This document shows, in pieces, positions 1 to 9,675 of a DNA stretch of 50,595 nucleotides. A program made the position numbers and the translations under genes. Where the stretch lies: the NCBI GenBank assembly GCA_043747615.1, contig JAYTOU010000006.1, positions 1 to 50,595 of the forward strand, in the 5' to 3' direction. The DNA comes from Myxococcales bacterium (GTDB lineage Bacteria > Myxococcota_A > Polyangia > Polyangiales > Polyangiaceae). Under the pieces are notes generated by a model that did not search any database, was not told where the DNA came from, and saw nothing but the letters and a program-made list of their open reading frames with translations. The first letter of the stretch is position 1; every line of letters starts with the position of its first letter.

Positions 1-99
1 TTGAAGCCGGCGCGGCGACTGAGCGCGTTGAAGCCGGCGCGGCGACTGAGCGCGTTGAAGCCGGCGCGGCGACTGAGCGCGTTGAAGCCGGCGCGGCGA
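1..99. repeat. Perfect 27-bp tandem repeat, at least 3.7 copies, running off the window edge
   Basis: TTGAAGCCGGCGCGGCGACTGAGCGCG at 1-27, 28-54 and 55-81, plus an 18-nt partial copy at 82-99. Confidence 0.97.
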
Positions 100-245
100 A
101 AGCGTCGATGCTGATCGCGCTCGTCGCGTTGGCGGGCTTCATTTTCGGCGTGCGCGTCGGAATCGAGCTCGGGTACCGCGGCGAGCGGCGAAGGAGAGCC
201 CGACTCGATCGCCCCAAAGGTGACGATCTCGCACGACGTCCGTAG
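1..245 (+). CDS. Partial (5'-truncated) membrane protein: (VEAGAATER)n repeat, TM helix, basic tail
   Basis: Frame from nt 3 reads EAGAATERVEAGAATER...KASMLIALVALAGFIFGVRVGIELGYRGERRRRARL...RP, stop TAG 243-245, 9 nt before the next + gene. Not in the ORF track. Confidence 0.6.
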   Translation, partial: EAGAATERVEAGAATERVEAGAATERVEAGAAKASMLIALVALAGFIFGVRVGIELGYRGERRRRARLDRPKGDDLARRP

Positions 246-254
246 ACTCACGAG

Positions 255-1436
255 GTGAGACGGGCGCTCCGGGTTTCCCTCGTATTCGCAGTCGCGGCGA
301 CAGGCGCAGACGCGCGAGCGAGCGCTCCTCCAGCCGATCCACCCTGGGTCTGGGCAAGCGCGACGGCATCACCGACATCGATCGAGGGCAACGCGCTCAC
401 CGATCGCGAAAGCGATCTCCTCGCGCATTGCGGCGTTGGTGAGGCCGGCCTTCGCACCGTCGCCAAACGCCTCGTCGAGCGCAAGCTCCGTGATCTTCCT
501 TACCTCGATCTCGACGGCCTCACCTTTGCGCAGCGCGTAGCCGGCGAGCCTCACGTTTGGCCGCGTGCTTGGATCGTCAGCGGCCGCGCGCTCGATCACG
601 AATCCACTGTAAAAAAGCTGGAAACGTGGCGGAAGAGTTTTCACGACGTCGGCGAGCGAAGGTGCGGTGTCGCCACGGGCCACGCGGCCGACGGAACGGA
701 GGTCGTTGCCGCAATCGCGCTCGACGCGCTGGGAGACATGGCGGCGCTCCCCGTCAAGAGCCACGCAGGGACCTGGCTCTCGGTGGACGCGAAGATGATC
801 GTGCCGGCAAGCGGCGCTCACGTCGTCGTCGTCGGTCCGAGCGGCGAGCCACGGACGGTTCCTACGAGCTTCGACGGAGGGCGGGTGCGCGCTCGCTTTG
901 CGCCCGATCGCCCGGGGACGTTCACCGTGCAGATCGTCGCCGAGGTGGGGACTGGGCCGAGGCCCGTACTCGAGGCGCAAGTCTTCGCGGATGTCGAGCC
1001 ACCGACGGTCACCCCGAACCTCTCTGCGCCGGGCGAACAAGCTGGCCAGGGAGCGCCTGACGAAACGACCGCGCTCCTTGCGATGCTCACCGCCCTTCGC
1101 CGGGAGGAGAACCTGCGCCCTCTTGCCCATGACGCGCGACTCGACGCGCTCGCGCTTGCGCACGCCAGCCGCATGAAGCAAGTCCACACCGTCGGCCACG
1201 ACGTTGGAGACGGCGACCCCGCGCAAAGGTTGCAGAATGCAGGTTTAATCGCCAAGGAATCGGGCGAAAACGTAGCCCACGCGCAGTCAGTACGGCTCGC
1301 GCACCGCGCGCTCTACGCAAGCCCATCGCACCGCACGAACCTGCTTCGCCAGGAGTTCGATCGCGCAGGCGTGGCCGTAGTCGACGATCCGGACGGAAGC
1401 GTGTGGGTCGCGGAAGTCTTCGCCGCAGGCCTCTAA
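255..1436 (+). CDS. Secreted CAP/SCP-domain protein
   Basis: N-terminal signal peptide. C-terminal CAP motifs LR..ENL.PL, HASRM...GH, GENVA, SPSHRTNLL, GVAV, WVAEVF. Confidence 0.85.
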   Translation: MRRALRVSLVFAVAATGADARASAPPADPPWVWASATASPTSIEGNALTDRESDLLAHCGVGEAGLRTVAKRLVERKLRDLPYLDLDGLTFAQRVAGEPHVWPRAWIVSGRALDHESTVKKLETWRKSFHDVGERRCGVATGHAADGTEVVAAIALDALGDMAALPVKSHAGTWLSVDAKMIVPASGAHVVVVGPSGEPRTVPTSFDGGRVRARFAPDRPGTFTVQIVAEVGTGPRPVLEAQVFADVEPPTVTPNLSAPGEQAGQGAPDETTALLAMLTALRREENLRPLAHDARLDALALAHASRMKQVHTVGHDVGDGDPAQRLQNAGLIAKESGENVAHAQSVRLAHRALYASPSHRTNLLRQEFDRAGVAVVDDPDGSVWVAEVFAAGL

Positions 1437-1490
1437 GCCGTAGGCCTTCGAGGGGCGGCTCCTCTCCCCACGCCACGCCGTCGTGCCCGG

Positions 1491-3275
1491 CTACTTCTTG
1501 ATCTTGTTGGTGTCTTCTTCGTCGATGATCCGGAACTCGACGCGACGGTTGGCGAGGTAATGCGCCTCTTCCTTCTCGTCTTTTTCGAGCGGCCGTTCTT
1601 CGCCGTAGCCGTGCGCTTCGAGCCGCGGGGCCTCGACGCCGTGTTGGTTGAGCCAGGCCATGACCGAGTTCGCTCGGTTCTGCGAGAGCCGCATGTTCAT
1701 CCCGGCATCGCCCCGCGTGTCGGTGTGACCATCGATGCTCATCTTGTGGATGTTCGGGTTCGCTTTGAGGAGATTCGCGATCTCTTGGAGCATCGGGAAG
1801 CTGTCCGGGAGGATGGTCGCCGAGCCGCTAGCGAAGTGGACCTGCTGGAGGATTTTGACGACGGTGCCGTCCATCTGAATGAACTGCGGGCAGCCGTTCT
1901 TCTTCGGATCCTTGTTGGGGGCGCCGGGCTCCTTCGGGCAAGCGTCGACGGTGTCGAGGATGCCGTCCTTGTCGGCGTCGTCCTCGGGGCAGCCGTCGCC
2001 GTCGTCCACGCCGTCTTTGTCTTCCGGCGCGTCGGGGCATTTGTCGAACTGATCGGGGATGCCGTCGTTGTCGCGATCGGGCGGCGTCGGGCAGCCGTCG
2101 TTCGGCTCGCTCCCCTGATGGTCTTCGGGATCGTTGGGGCAAGCATCGACGTCGTCCGGAATGCCGTCGTGATCCGAATCGCCGGAGTGCTCGCTGCGCC
2201 ACTTCTCGCGAAGTGCAGCGCGTCTCTCAGGCGAAGGAGCATCGGAGTCGAGGATCGGAAAGTACGCACCGATGAGGCCGAGGAGGCGCAAGTCGGGTGC
2301 GCCGTAACCGTTTCCGAGGAGCGAGCCGCCGCCGAAGCCGGCCCACCAGTGACCGTTCGGGCCGAACTTCATGCGCCCTTCGACGTTCCACTCGATGGGG
2401 GTGTTCCGCCTCGTGAAGGTCGTGTCGCCGATGACCTTCCCGCTTTCGATTCCGGTCTGACCGAAGATCGTGCCGCCGAGTCGGTACTTGCCGCCCTTAA
2501 AGGGAACGAAGCCGCCGACGGCCCAGCGCCATTCGTTTCCGATCCCAAGGCCGTTGTTCTGGGCGGGACGGTTGATCGAGTTGACGGGGCGGAAGTGGAT
2601 CCCGGTGTTGGCGGTGACGATGAAATATCTGAAGTCGTACTCGCCGGTGACCATGAGGAGGCCAGAGACTCCCCCGTCGCCGCCGAAGTTCGCGGTCGAT
2701 CCGGTGGGGGCAAAAACACTGAGCCCGGCGCCGAGGGCTGCCTTTTCGTCCTTGGTACGAGCAACGACGCCCCGAAAGTCGAGCCGCATGTCATTGAGCG
2801 CGGCTCCGCTGGGGACGACCGTCGTGGTCGCAGCGCCCCCGAAAATTCCCGTGCTGTACTTCGGGGGCGTGCCGTCTTGTTCCATGGTCACGGGCAGCGT
2901 GACGGCGAGCGTGAAACGATTGAAAAACTGAAAGCCACCGCTGAAGTACGAGGTGAATTGATCCTGGACGACCCCGGTCGTCGAGTTCCGGATCGTGGTC
3001 GCATCCGAGATGATGTTCGTCGTGTGCAGCGGATTTCGCGAATAGCCGAGCCCAAGCTGGGCGAAGAAGATCGCGCGCGGCTGGGTTACCGGCCGGAAAA
3101 GCACGGCGCCGTCATCCGGCCCGCCAGGGACTTCCAGGCGATCGAGATGAAAGGTGGTTTGTTGGGCGCGGGCCGACGGGGAAACGAAGACCCCAATCGC
3201 CGCGCATGCGAGCGTGGCGGCCCATCGCCGGGGAGCACGCCGCTCAAGGCCGCGCGGGCTATCAAAAAGTGCCAT
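1491..3275 (-). CDS. OmpA-family outer membrane protein with thrombospondin type-3 Ca-binding repeats
   Basis: Signal peptide (..SARA/QQ), beta-barrel-like N-terminus, repeated D.D.DGIPD..D.CP units, OmpA C-domain (FASGSA, IDGHTD, LSQNRA, GYGE, NRRVEF). Confidence 0.92.
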   Translation of the reverse strand: MALFDSPRGLERRAPRRWAATLACAAIGVFVSPSARAQQTTFHLDRLEVPGGPDDGAVLFRPVTQPRAIFFAQLGLGYSRNPLHTTNIISDATTIRNSTTGVVQDQFTSYFSGGFQFFNRFTLAVTLPVTMEQDGTPPKYSTGIFGGAATTTVVPSGAALNDMRLDFRGVVARTKDEKAALGAGLSVFAPTGSTANFGGDGGVSGLLMVTGEYDFRYFIVTANTGIHFRPVNSINRPAQNNGLGIGNEWRWAVGGFVPFKGGKYRLGGTIFGQTGIESGKVIGDTTFTRRNTPIEWNVEGRMKFGPNGHWWAGFGGGSLLGNGYGAPDLRLLGLIGAYFPILDSDAPSPERRAALREKWRSEHSGDSDHDGIPDDVDACPNDPEDHQGSEPNDGCPTPPDRDNDGIPDQFDKCPDAPEDKDGVDDGDGCPEDDADKDGILDTVDACPKEPGAPNKDPKKNGCPQFIQMDGTVVKILQQVHFASGSATILPDSFPMLQEIANLLKANPNIHKMSIDGHTDTRGDAGMNMRLSQNRANSVMAWLNQHGVEAPRLEAHGYGEERPLEKDEKEEAHYLANRRVEFRIIDEEDTNKIKK

Positions 3276-3330
3276 TTATCCGTCGCCTTGCGTGGAATCG
3301 GCAATACTTCAAAAATCCAAAAGCGCGGCG

Positions 3331-3339
3331 ACGATACCA
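3331..3339 (-). promoter_or_regulatory. Putative extended -10 promoter for the OmpA gene
   Basis: Minus strand TG-G-TATCGT about 55 nt upstream of the ATG at 3275, in AT-richer intergenic DNA. Confidence 0.4.
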
Positions 3340-3403
3340 CCGTTCGTCGGAAAACCGCGCAAAAAGTGCCAACGTTTTGCGTGCGGAGCCTTTCGGCCGC
3401 ATT

Positions 3404-5863
3404 TCAAGGGCGCCGCATGGATTCGATGGAGACGGACGAGCTCTCCGGCGCATCGAGAGAGAGCGCGAGCCTAAAACCGACCCACCCAACACGGTGGTGC
3501 AAGAGCTGGGTGAACCGCATCGTCGGCGCCATCGCCGTGATGCTCCACGCCCCTCCACGCCAGAGAGCAGCCCGCGCTTCCGGTCCGGCGTTTCCTTCCT
3601 CCGCGAGATCGGGAGGCGAACCGCCGTCCTCCATCGTCGAGGTCCAGTCCCCAACGCCGCCTGCGAGATCGCGTACGCCGTAGGGAGATTCGTCGAGCGG
3701 AAACGCGCCGATGGGCTCGGGCTGCGAGGCCTCGGCGCGCGACTCGCGCAGCTTGGCGAACGACGGGTCGATTCGATCTCCCATGGGGTAGATGCGACCG
3801 TCGGCGCCGCGCATCGCCTTTTCCCATTCGACATCGGTCGGTAATCGAAACGGCACTCCGCGTGTTTCCGCGAGCCATGACGCGTAGGCTGCGGCGTCGT
3901 ACCAGGAGACGTAATTCACCGGCAGGTCGAGCTCTCGCTCGGCGGGAACCCTGGCGCGGGCGTCGCCCTCGATGAAGTCGGGGTGCAAACGCCACGAGCC
4001 ATCGTCGTGCTGGCGCAGAAAGTCCTCGGCCGCCCGGGGCGTTCGCATTCTTCGGGCCTCGGGCGAGAGCGCCGTCAGGAAGCGCGCGTAGTCGCGGAAG
4101 GTGACCGGAAAGCGGGCAAGCGCGAAATCCAAGAGCACGCGCGACGCGCCGCGACCGTGCCCAAGGAGCGCTGGGCCGCCCGGGATGAGCACCATGCCTT
4201 CAGGGATTTCGCCGGGCTTCGGCGCTCGCAATCGCACGTGATGCGTGCGAGCGCGCTCGATCAGGATCGGAAAGCGGCACTCCTCCAGCCCCGTTCGGGC
4301 AGTCACCACGTAGGAACCGGAGGTGACCAGGCATGTGTTCACGGGCGCCGGGCCGAGCATGCGCTTTTCGCCGGCGGAGAGAAGCAGTCCGTTCGATTCG
4401 TAACGGGCAAGACTTAATTCTACCGGCGTCGCGCTCGGCGAGATGAGTGCGACCGAGAGCTCACCCCTACCGGCAAGCTCGAGCGCGAGCGCGCCATCAT
4501 CGTACTCCCGTGCGAGATCGAGGTACCGCGCCATCGTCTCGCTATCGGCGCGCGCTTCGGCGGACTCGAACTCACGGTAGTAGAGCGCGGCCAGCCCTGA
4601 ACGCGCGGGGGCGTGATCGACGACCCGACCGAGCGCTCGCGTGAAGGCTGTCTCCGCATGCGCAAGCTCGCGGGCAGCATCGGCTGCGAGCTTGCGCGAT
4701 TTGGCCAGGAGGCTCCACCCCGCGTCTTTGCGTTCGGCTGATTCCCAGCGCGCCATTCGCGCGAGCACGACGTCGCCCGCTGCACGCGCCGCTTGCGCCT
4801 CGGCGTCGAGGCTCTCGAATTTTTCGCGCGCCGCAGTTCCCTCCGCGGCGTGCGAATCAGCCTCTTTTTCCCGCTCCGCACGCGCCCGCGCTCCGTCGAG
4901 GAACCGATCGATCGCGTCCGCAACGAAGCGGGCGCTCGAGGGGCGGGCGCTCGCGTCTGGCGCTAGGCAGGCGACGACGAGGGAGTCGAAGCCGCGTGGC
5001 GTTTTGCGTGCGGGATCGCGGCGACTCGGAGGGACGTCGATCGACCTCGCCGCGCGGATCCGGACGCTCCAAACGTCGGCGTCGTCGAAGGGCCGCGCAC
5101 CGGCCAAGACCTCGTAGAGGAGGACGCCGAGGGCAAAGACATCGGTGCGTGGAGTCATCTCGCCCCCGAGGGCCTGCTCTGGAGCCATGTAGCCTGGGCT
5201 TCCGGCCGTGAAGCTTTCGTGACTGGCGCGGCGGACGTCGCTTCCCGCGATGAGATGAGCGACACCCCAGTCGAGGACGTAGACCTCACCGAACTCGCCG
5301 ACGATCACGTTTTCGGGCTTCAAATCGCAATGGATGACGCCGCGGCTGTGGGCGAAATCGACCGCCATGCAAACTTGGCGGAGGATGCCCAGAAGCTCCG
5401 CGAGCGATTTATGTGCCTTGCCCGTGTCTTGGGTGTCTGCGAGCACTTCGCGGAGGGTCCGTCCGCGGACGACGCGCATCGTGTAGTGGGGATTCCCTTC
5501 GGCATCCGCACCGATTTCGTACACCGGCAGGATCGACGGATGCTCGAGCTGTGCGCACGTCTGCGCCTCCGCAACGAGGAGCGTCGCGTGGAGCGCGCCA
5601 TGTCCGGGAAGAACCGCCTTCTGGGCGACGGGCCGCCCGAGCGCGCGATCGAAAACCTCGTCGACCCGCCCCATGCCTCCGCGGCCGAGCTCGCGAATGA
5701 GGTGGTAGCGGGGCTCAGGCGCCTCATCCGCCATCGGCGGCGGGGACGCGTTGCCGTCGACACCTTCGCAAAGACGGGTGTGACTTTCTCTGCGAAAAAA
5801 AGTGTGTGCAACGTCTTCGGGTGAAGCGGTGCGCGCCTCGCCGTGCCACTTGCCGTCCCCCAT
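3404..5863 (-). CDS. Ser/Thr protein kinase fused to a C-terminal FGE-sulfatase (SUMF1-like) domain
   Basis: [29 protein letters not shown] motifs [43 protein letters not shown]. An alternative start lies at 5734. Confidence 0.9.
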   Translation of the reverse strand: MGDGKWHGEARTASPEDVAHTFFRRESHTRLCEGVDGNASPPPMADEAPEPRYHLIRELGRGGMGRVDEVFDRALGRPVAQKAVLPGHGALHATLLVAEAQTCAQLEHPSILPVYEIGADAEGNPHYTMRVVRGRTLREVLADTQDTGKAHKSLAELLGILRQVCMAVDFAHSRGVIHCDLKPENVIVGEFGEVYVLDWGVAHLIAGSDVRRASHESFTAGSPGYMAPEQALGGEMTPRTDVFALGVLLYEVLAGARPFDDADVWSVRIRAARSIDVPPSRRDPARKTPRGFDSLVVACLAPDASARPSSARFVADAIDRFLDGARARAEREKEADSHAAEGTAAREKFESLDAEAQAARAAGDVVLARMARWESAERKDAGWSLLAKSRKLAADAARELAHAETAFTRALGRVVDHAPARSGLAALYYREFESAEARADSETMARYLDLAREYDDGALALELAGRGELSVALISPSATPVELSLARYESNGLLLSAGEKRMLGPAPVNTCLVTSGSYVVTARTGLEECRFPILIERARTHHVRLRAPKPGEIPEGMVLIPGGPALLGHGRGASRVLLDFALARFPVTFRDYARFLTALSPEARRMRTPRAAEDFLRQHDDGSWRLHPDFIEGDARARVPAERELDLPVNYVSWYDAAAYASWLAETRGVPFRLPTDVEWEKAMRGADGRIYPMGDRIDPSFAKLRESRAEASQPEPIGAFPLDESPYGVRDLAGGVGDWTSTMEDGGSPPDLAEEGNAGPEARAALWRGGAWSITAMAPTMRFTQLLHHRVGWVGFRLALSLDAPESSSVSIESMRRP

Positions 5864-5956
5864 CGTGGCGATGCTACCATCCGCGCCGCTCGCCGTTCCA
5901 CATCACTGCACGGGGGCGGGCGCGTGCAGTAAAACCCTTTGGAAAGTAGGCATTTC

Positions 5957-6238
5957 ATGCGGAACGACGAGAACGACTCTGGAGAGCTCGCGGACCTCAC
6001 GCCGGGGGCCGACGCCGCAGCGATCACACGCAGCCTCAACCGCGTGGTGAACAAGCTAACGGTAGCCAACACCCGCCTCATCGCGATCCAGGGTGCCATT
6101 CCTCCCGGGCCCCCCTGCACACCTGAGCAAAGCCTCGCGCTGAGGTCCACTCTGACGCAATCGAGCCAGCTGACCGCGACCGTCAACGCCATCTTCGTCA
6201 CCAATCCGCCCCCGGGTACGGGCCCCGTCCCGCAGTAG
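5957..6238 (+). CDS. Small hypothetical protein (93 aa)
   Basis: ORF fills the gap between the kinase and rpmH. ATG 5957 is preceded by AGTAGG. Two amphipathic helices are joined by IPPGPPC. Confidence 0.55.
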   Translation: MRNDENDSGELADLTPGADAAAITRSLNRVVNKLTVANTRLIAIQGAIPPGPPCTPEQSLALRSTLTQSSQLTATVNAIFVTNPPPGTGPVPQ

Positions 6239-6248
6239 TCGTAACGCG

Positions 6249-6286
6249 GCTGCGTCTCTTACTTACGGGGGCGCAGCAGCTTTTTC
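6249..6286 (+). terminator. Possible intrinsic terminator
   Basis: Stem GCTGCGTCTC/GGGGCGCAGC with G-U pairs, followed by AGCTTTTT, just after the stop at 6238. Confidence 0.4.
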
Positions 6287-6311
6287 TGGGCAAGAATTCG
6301 CCCTAGTCCTC

Positions 6312-6340
6312 TTGACGTAGCCCCGCTTCGGTGCTTTTCT
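6312..6340 (+). promoter_or_regulatory. Putative sigma70 promoter of the rpmH operon
   Basis: TTGACG (6312-6317), 17-nt spacer, TG-c-TTTTCT (weak -10, 6335-6340). No SD before ATG 6351. Confidence 0.4.
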
Positions 6341-6350
6341 CCGCGCCCCT

Positions 6351-6500
6351 ATGAAACGCACTTACCAGCCGCACAACATTCGCCGAATCCGTAAGCACGG
6401 GTTTCGCGCTCGCATGGCGAAGCGCGGCGGCCAGAAGGTCCTCGCGAATCGCCGGCGCAAGGGCCGCGAGCGTCTCGCGGTCACCATCTTCAAGAAGTAG
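6351..6500 (+). CDS. rpmH: 50S ribosomal protein L34
   Basis: Hand translation [49 protein letters not shown]. Too short for the ORF track. Confidence 0.98.
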   Translation: MKRTYQPHNIRRIRKHGFRARMAKRGGQKVLANRRRKGRERLAVTIFKK

Positions 6501-6523
6501 GCGGAGCGCGGCCTAAGGCTCGC

Positions 6524-6979
6524 GTGCTCTCGACGAAAACGCCCTCGACGAACCCATCTCCATTCCTTCGTTCCGCGGAGTTTGGACGGGAGCGACGGCT
6601 TCGGCGCCGCGTGGACTTCTTGCGAGTGCAGGGCGGGCACCAGCGGGTGACAAGCGCGCACTTTTACTTTTTGGTCGACGCCTCTCCCCTTGGTCCGGAC
6701 GCCGAATCGCGCCTGGGGGTAGTGGTGACGAAAAAAATCGGTAACGCCGTCGCCCGTAACCGCGTGAAGCGCCTGTGCCGCGAGTGCTTTCGACGCTGCG
6801 AGGAGATGCTCCCACGAGGCGTGGACCTGGTGATGATCGCCCGCTCCGGAGCTCCCGAGCTCGCGCTCGCCGACGTCGAGATCGAGTGGCGCCGGGTGAA
6901 CGCCGCGCTACAAAAGCGCTGCGAAACGGCCAAAAAACCTGCGGCCTCAGTTTCGACGACGCATGTTCGCCCCAGGTAG
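6524..6979 (+). CDS. rnpA: Ribonuclease P protein component
   Basis: RL..R.DF..V, RLGVVVTKKIGNAVARNRVKRLCRE (RNR motif). Follows rpmH. Confidence 0.96.
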   Translation: MLSTKTPSTNPSPFLRSAEFGRERRLRRRVDFLRVQGGHQRVTSAHFYFLVDASPLGPDAESRLGVVVTKKIGNAVARNRVKRLCRECFRRCEEMLPRGVDLVMIARSGAPELALADVEIEWRRVNAALQKRCETAKKPAASVSTTHVRPR

Positions 6980-6985
6980 ATCTCC

Positions 6986-7243
6986 GTGATAGCCAAGCTC
7001 CTCATCTTCCTGATTCGCCTGTACCAACGGGCACTTTCGCCGTTGCTCGGGAAGGTGTGTCGCTTCGAGCCTTCGTGCTCACGGTACGCCGTGGCCTGCC
7101 TCGAGACCCATGGCGCGGGCCGCGGCAGCTTGCTTTCGATTCTACGCCTGTGTAAGTGCCACCCCTTCCACGCGGGCGGTTACGACCCCCCTCCGCCGGC
7201 AGCCAATCTGCATGCGGCGCGATCAGAGCAGTTGAAAGATTAA
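6986..7243 (+). CDS. yidD: Membrane protein insertion efficiency factor YidD
   Basis: YQRALSP, CRFEPSCSRYA, CHPF..GGYDP. Confidence 0.96.
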   Translation: MIAKLLIFLIRLYQRALSPLLGKVCRFEPSCSRYAVACLETHGAGRGSLLSILRLCKCHPFHAGGYDPPPPAANLHAARSEQLKD

Positions 7244-7245
7244 AG

Positions 7246-9018
7246 ATGGATAAAAATACCCTTCTCCGCTGGGTCATCATCGCGGCCTCGATGCTCCTCT
7301 TCTGGAAATTCGGAATGCCGCTCATCACCGGGAAAACCGAAGGCGCCACGCAGCCGATTCCCGCGGAGACCTACGTCAATGCGCCCGAGTTCGCGCCGGA
7401 CGCTCTCGACCCCCGGCCTGCGAACGGCGACCCGAACGCGCCACTCGTGCCCACCGAGGGGACGATCTGCAAGATCAAGGGCAACCACTTCAACGCTGAG
7501 CTCTCCACGCGCGGCGCGGCGATCACCCACTTCTACCTGACCGACCCGCAGTACGCCGGGACCGAAGCGGGGGACATGTCGACCACCCCGGACCACGAGC
7601 GGTGGCGCACGCTGCGAACGCTGTTTCGCGAATCAGAAAAGCCGGTCGGCGCCGACGAGCAGGTGAAATACGACCGCTTCAACTGGAAGCTCGATCAGGC
7701 CCTGCCGAGCGGCGACACCTGCAAATTCAGCTACCAAGACGACGGCGCGCAGATCGTGAAGACGGTCAGCGCGGGCAGCCGGCCGTTCGAGCTGAACGTA
7801 GAGACGACGCTCACCAACCTGGCGGACACACCGAAGAAGCACCGCTTCACGATCGAGTCCTTCGCGTTCCGCCGCAACTCCGAGGTCAAAGGGCATCTCG
7901 GGCGCGTCTCGCCGTTCATCAGTGAGCTGTCATGCGCACGCGACAAAGACGTGAATCGCAAGTCGAAGGACGACTTCAAGGACGGCTGGTTCTCCGAGCC
8001 GCTCGTCGATCGCTACGCCGCGGTCTCCAACTATTACTTCGCGCAGGCAATGATCCCCGAGGCCCAGGACCGGCCGGAGTGTGGCCTCCTCGCCGAAGAT
8101 TGGTACGGAGCGGGACAGAAGCGTGACGACGACGACGCCGGCTCGGTCTACCACGCGCGCCTCACGTACCCGGTAAAGGAGCTCGCCCCGAAGGCGTCGC
8201 AGACCTACAAGCAAACGGCTTTCATCGGGCCCAAGGAGCGGCAGATCCTGGCCCACGCCGGCGGCGGACGCGGCCTCGGCGATCTGATCAACCTCGGTTT
8301 CTTCTCGTTCGTCGCGAAGGGGCTCGTCTCCGTCCTCCTCTTTTTCCACGACCACGTGACGTTTGGAAACTGGGGCCTCGCCATCATCGCGATGACCCTG
8401 TGTCTCCGGATGGTTCTCTTCCCGCTCACCTGGAAATCGATCAAGACCACGATTGAGATGCGCCGCCTCAAGCCCGAGGTCGATGCGCTGAACGCCAAGT
8501 TCGCCGACGACGCGCAGGCCAAGAACCTGGCGATGATGGAGCTCTGGAAGAAGCACGGGGTGAACCCGTTCGGCGGGTGCCTGCCGCAGCTCGTTCAGAT
8601 GCCGATTTGGTTCGCGATGTACACCACATTGCAGACCGCGGTGGAGATGTACCACGAGAAATTTCTGTGGTTTACGGACCTCTCCGCCCCCGATAAATTG
8701 TACGTGCTGCCGATCGTGCTTGGCGTCTTCATGATCATCCAGCAGCGCATCGTCCCCCAGCAGGGGATGGACCCGGTTCAGGCAAAGATGATGATGTATC
8801 TTATGCCCGGTATTTTTACGGTGATGATGCTCTTCCTTCCCGCGGCGCTGGGCGTGTACATGTTGACGAACAGCGTTCTCGGGATCACCCAGCAGCTGGC
8901 GGTGGAAAAATTCGCCCCGTCGAAGCCAAAAAAAGGGGAGATCATCGTGAAACAGATTGGCGATACGGACGGCCCCAAAGACCCGCCCGCGTTTGGAAAG
9001 GGAAAAGCTCGTGTCTGA
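7246..9018 (+). CDS. yidC: Membrane protein insertase YidC
   Basis: N-terminal TM, periplasmic domain, GNWGLAII, NPFGGCLP.LVQMPIW, W..DLSAPD..YVLP, PAALGVY. Start taken at ATG 7246. Confidence 0.97.
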   Translation: MDKNTLLRWVIIAASMLLFWKFGMPLITGKTEGATQPIPAETYVNAPEFAPDALDPRPANGDPNAPLVPTEGTICKIKGNHFNAELSTRGAAITHFYLTDPQYAGTEAGDMSTTPDHERWRTLRTLFRESEKPVGADEQVKYDRFNWKLDQALPSGDTCKFSYQDDGAQIVKTVSAGSRPFELNVETTLTNLADTPKKHRFTIESFAFRRNSEVKGHLGRVSPFISELSCARDKDVNRKSKDDFKDGWFSEPLVDRYAAVSNYYFAQAMIPEAQDRPECGLLAEDWYGAGQKRDDDDAGSVYHARLTYPVKELAPKASQTYKQTAFIGPKERQILAHAGGGRGLGDLINLGFFSFVAKGLVSVLLFFHDHVTFGNWGLAIIAMTLCLRMVLFPLTWKSIKTTIEMRRLKPEVDALNAKFADDAQAKNLAMMELWKKHGVNPFGGCLPQLVQMPIWFAMYTTLQTAVEMYHEKFLWFTDLSAPDKLYVLPIVLGVFMIIQQRIVPQQGMDPVQAKMMMYLMPGIFTVMMLFLPAALGVYMLTNSVLGITQQLAVEKFAPSKPKKGEIIVKQIGDTDGPKDPPAFGKGKARV

Positions 9019-9646
9019 AACTACCGATTCGAAAGAGAGTTCGTCTGCCCAGGACTCAGGCCACGACGGCGTCGGCCTCGATGCCCCGTTGGACAAGAAC
9101 CTGGATCGAAGTGGGGATATGGACGGCACGGACCCGCAGACCGCGCGCTCCCTCGGCTTCGTTCGCAAGCTCGTCGGCGTGATGCAGATGGACGCCGAAG
9201 TGAACCTCGCGCCGGACGACGGTGAAGGCTCCGAGGACGAAATTCGTCTCGAGATCGAGGGGCCCGATGCCGGTCGCATCATCGGCAAGCGCGGCGCCGT
9301 GCTCGAGGCCATTCAGTACCTGACCACCCGCGTCGCCCACCGCCCCGGAGAGCCGCGTCGTCACGTCGCTGTCGACGCCGAAGGTTACCGCGCGCGCCAC
9401 GAAGATCAGCTCGCGGAAATGGCGAGGCGGTTGGGCGAGCGCGTCGCGGCTGAAGGAAAGATCATCACCTTCGACCCGATGAACGCGCGCGATCGTCGCA
9501 TCGTGCACATGGCGCTCCGTGAGGTGGCAGGCGTGCGAACGGAGAGCAGCGGCGAAGGCCCCGATCGCCGTGTGCAAATCATTCCTGGCGCAGCGGCGCC
9601 GTCTGCTCCCGACTCGAAAGGTCAGACTCCGCGCGCTCGTTCGTAG
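9011..9646 (+). CDS. jag: Jag/KhpB (EloR) RNA-binding protein, KH + R3H, lacking Jag_N
   Basis: GRIIGKRG..LEAIQYL (KH), DAEGYR, PMNARDRRIVH (R3H), SSGEGPDRRV. GTG 9011 overlaps the yidC end. Confidence 0.92.
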   Translation: MSETTDSKESSSAQDSGHDGVGLDAPLDKNLDRSGDMDGTDPQTARSLGFVRKLVGVMQMDAEVNLAPDDGEGSEDEIRLEIEGPDAGRIIGKRGAVLEAIQYLTTRVAHRPGEPRRHVAVDAEGYRARHEDQLAEMARRLGERVAAEGKIITFDPMNARDRRIVHMALREVAGVRTESSGEGPDRRVQIIPGAAAPSAPDSKGQTPRARS

Positions 9647-9675
9647 TGCGGCACCTGCGGCCCGGTGAATAGTCC

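Noticed and set aside
1..99. CRISPR array
   Set aside because: The repeats are contiguous with no spacers, the unit is a multiple of 3 within an ORF, and there are no cas genes.
1560..3683. Long antisense or alternate-frame ORFs (e.g. 1560-3683+, 7930-9312-, 19821-21371+, 22414-24183-, 13360-14565+)
   Set aside because: Shadow ORFs of clear genes, expected from high-GC codon bias. They carry no motifs.
3404..4200. DGR variable protein (FGE/CLec fold)
   Set aside because: No reverse transcriptase and no template-repeat copy seen in the window.
6239..6350. oriC next to rpmH
   Set aside because: No DnaA boxes or AT-rich unwinding element seen, and no dnaA.
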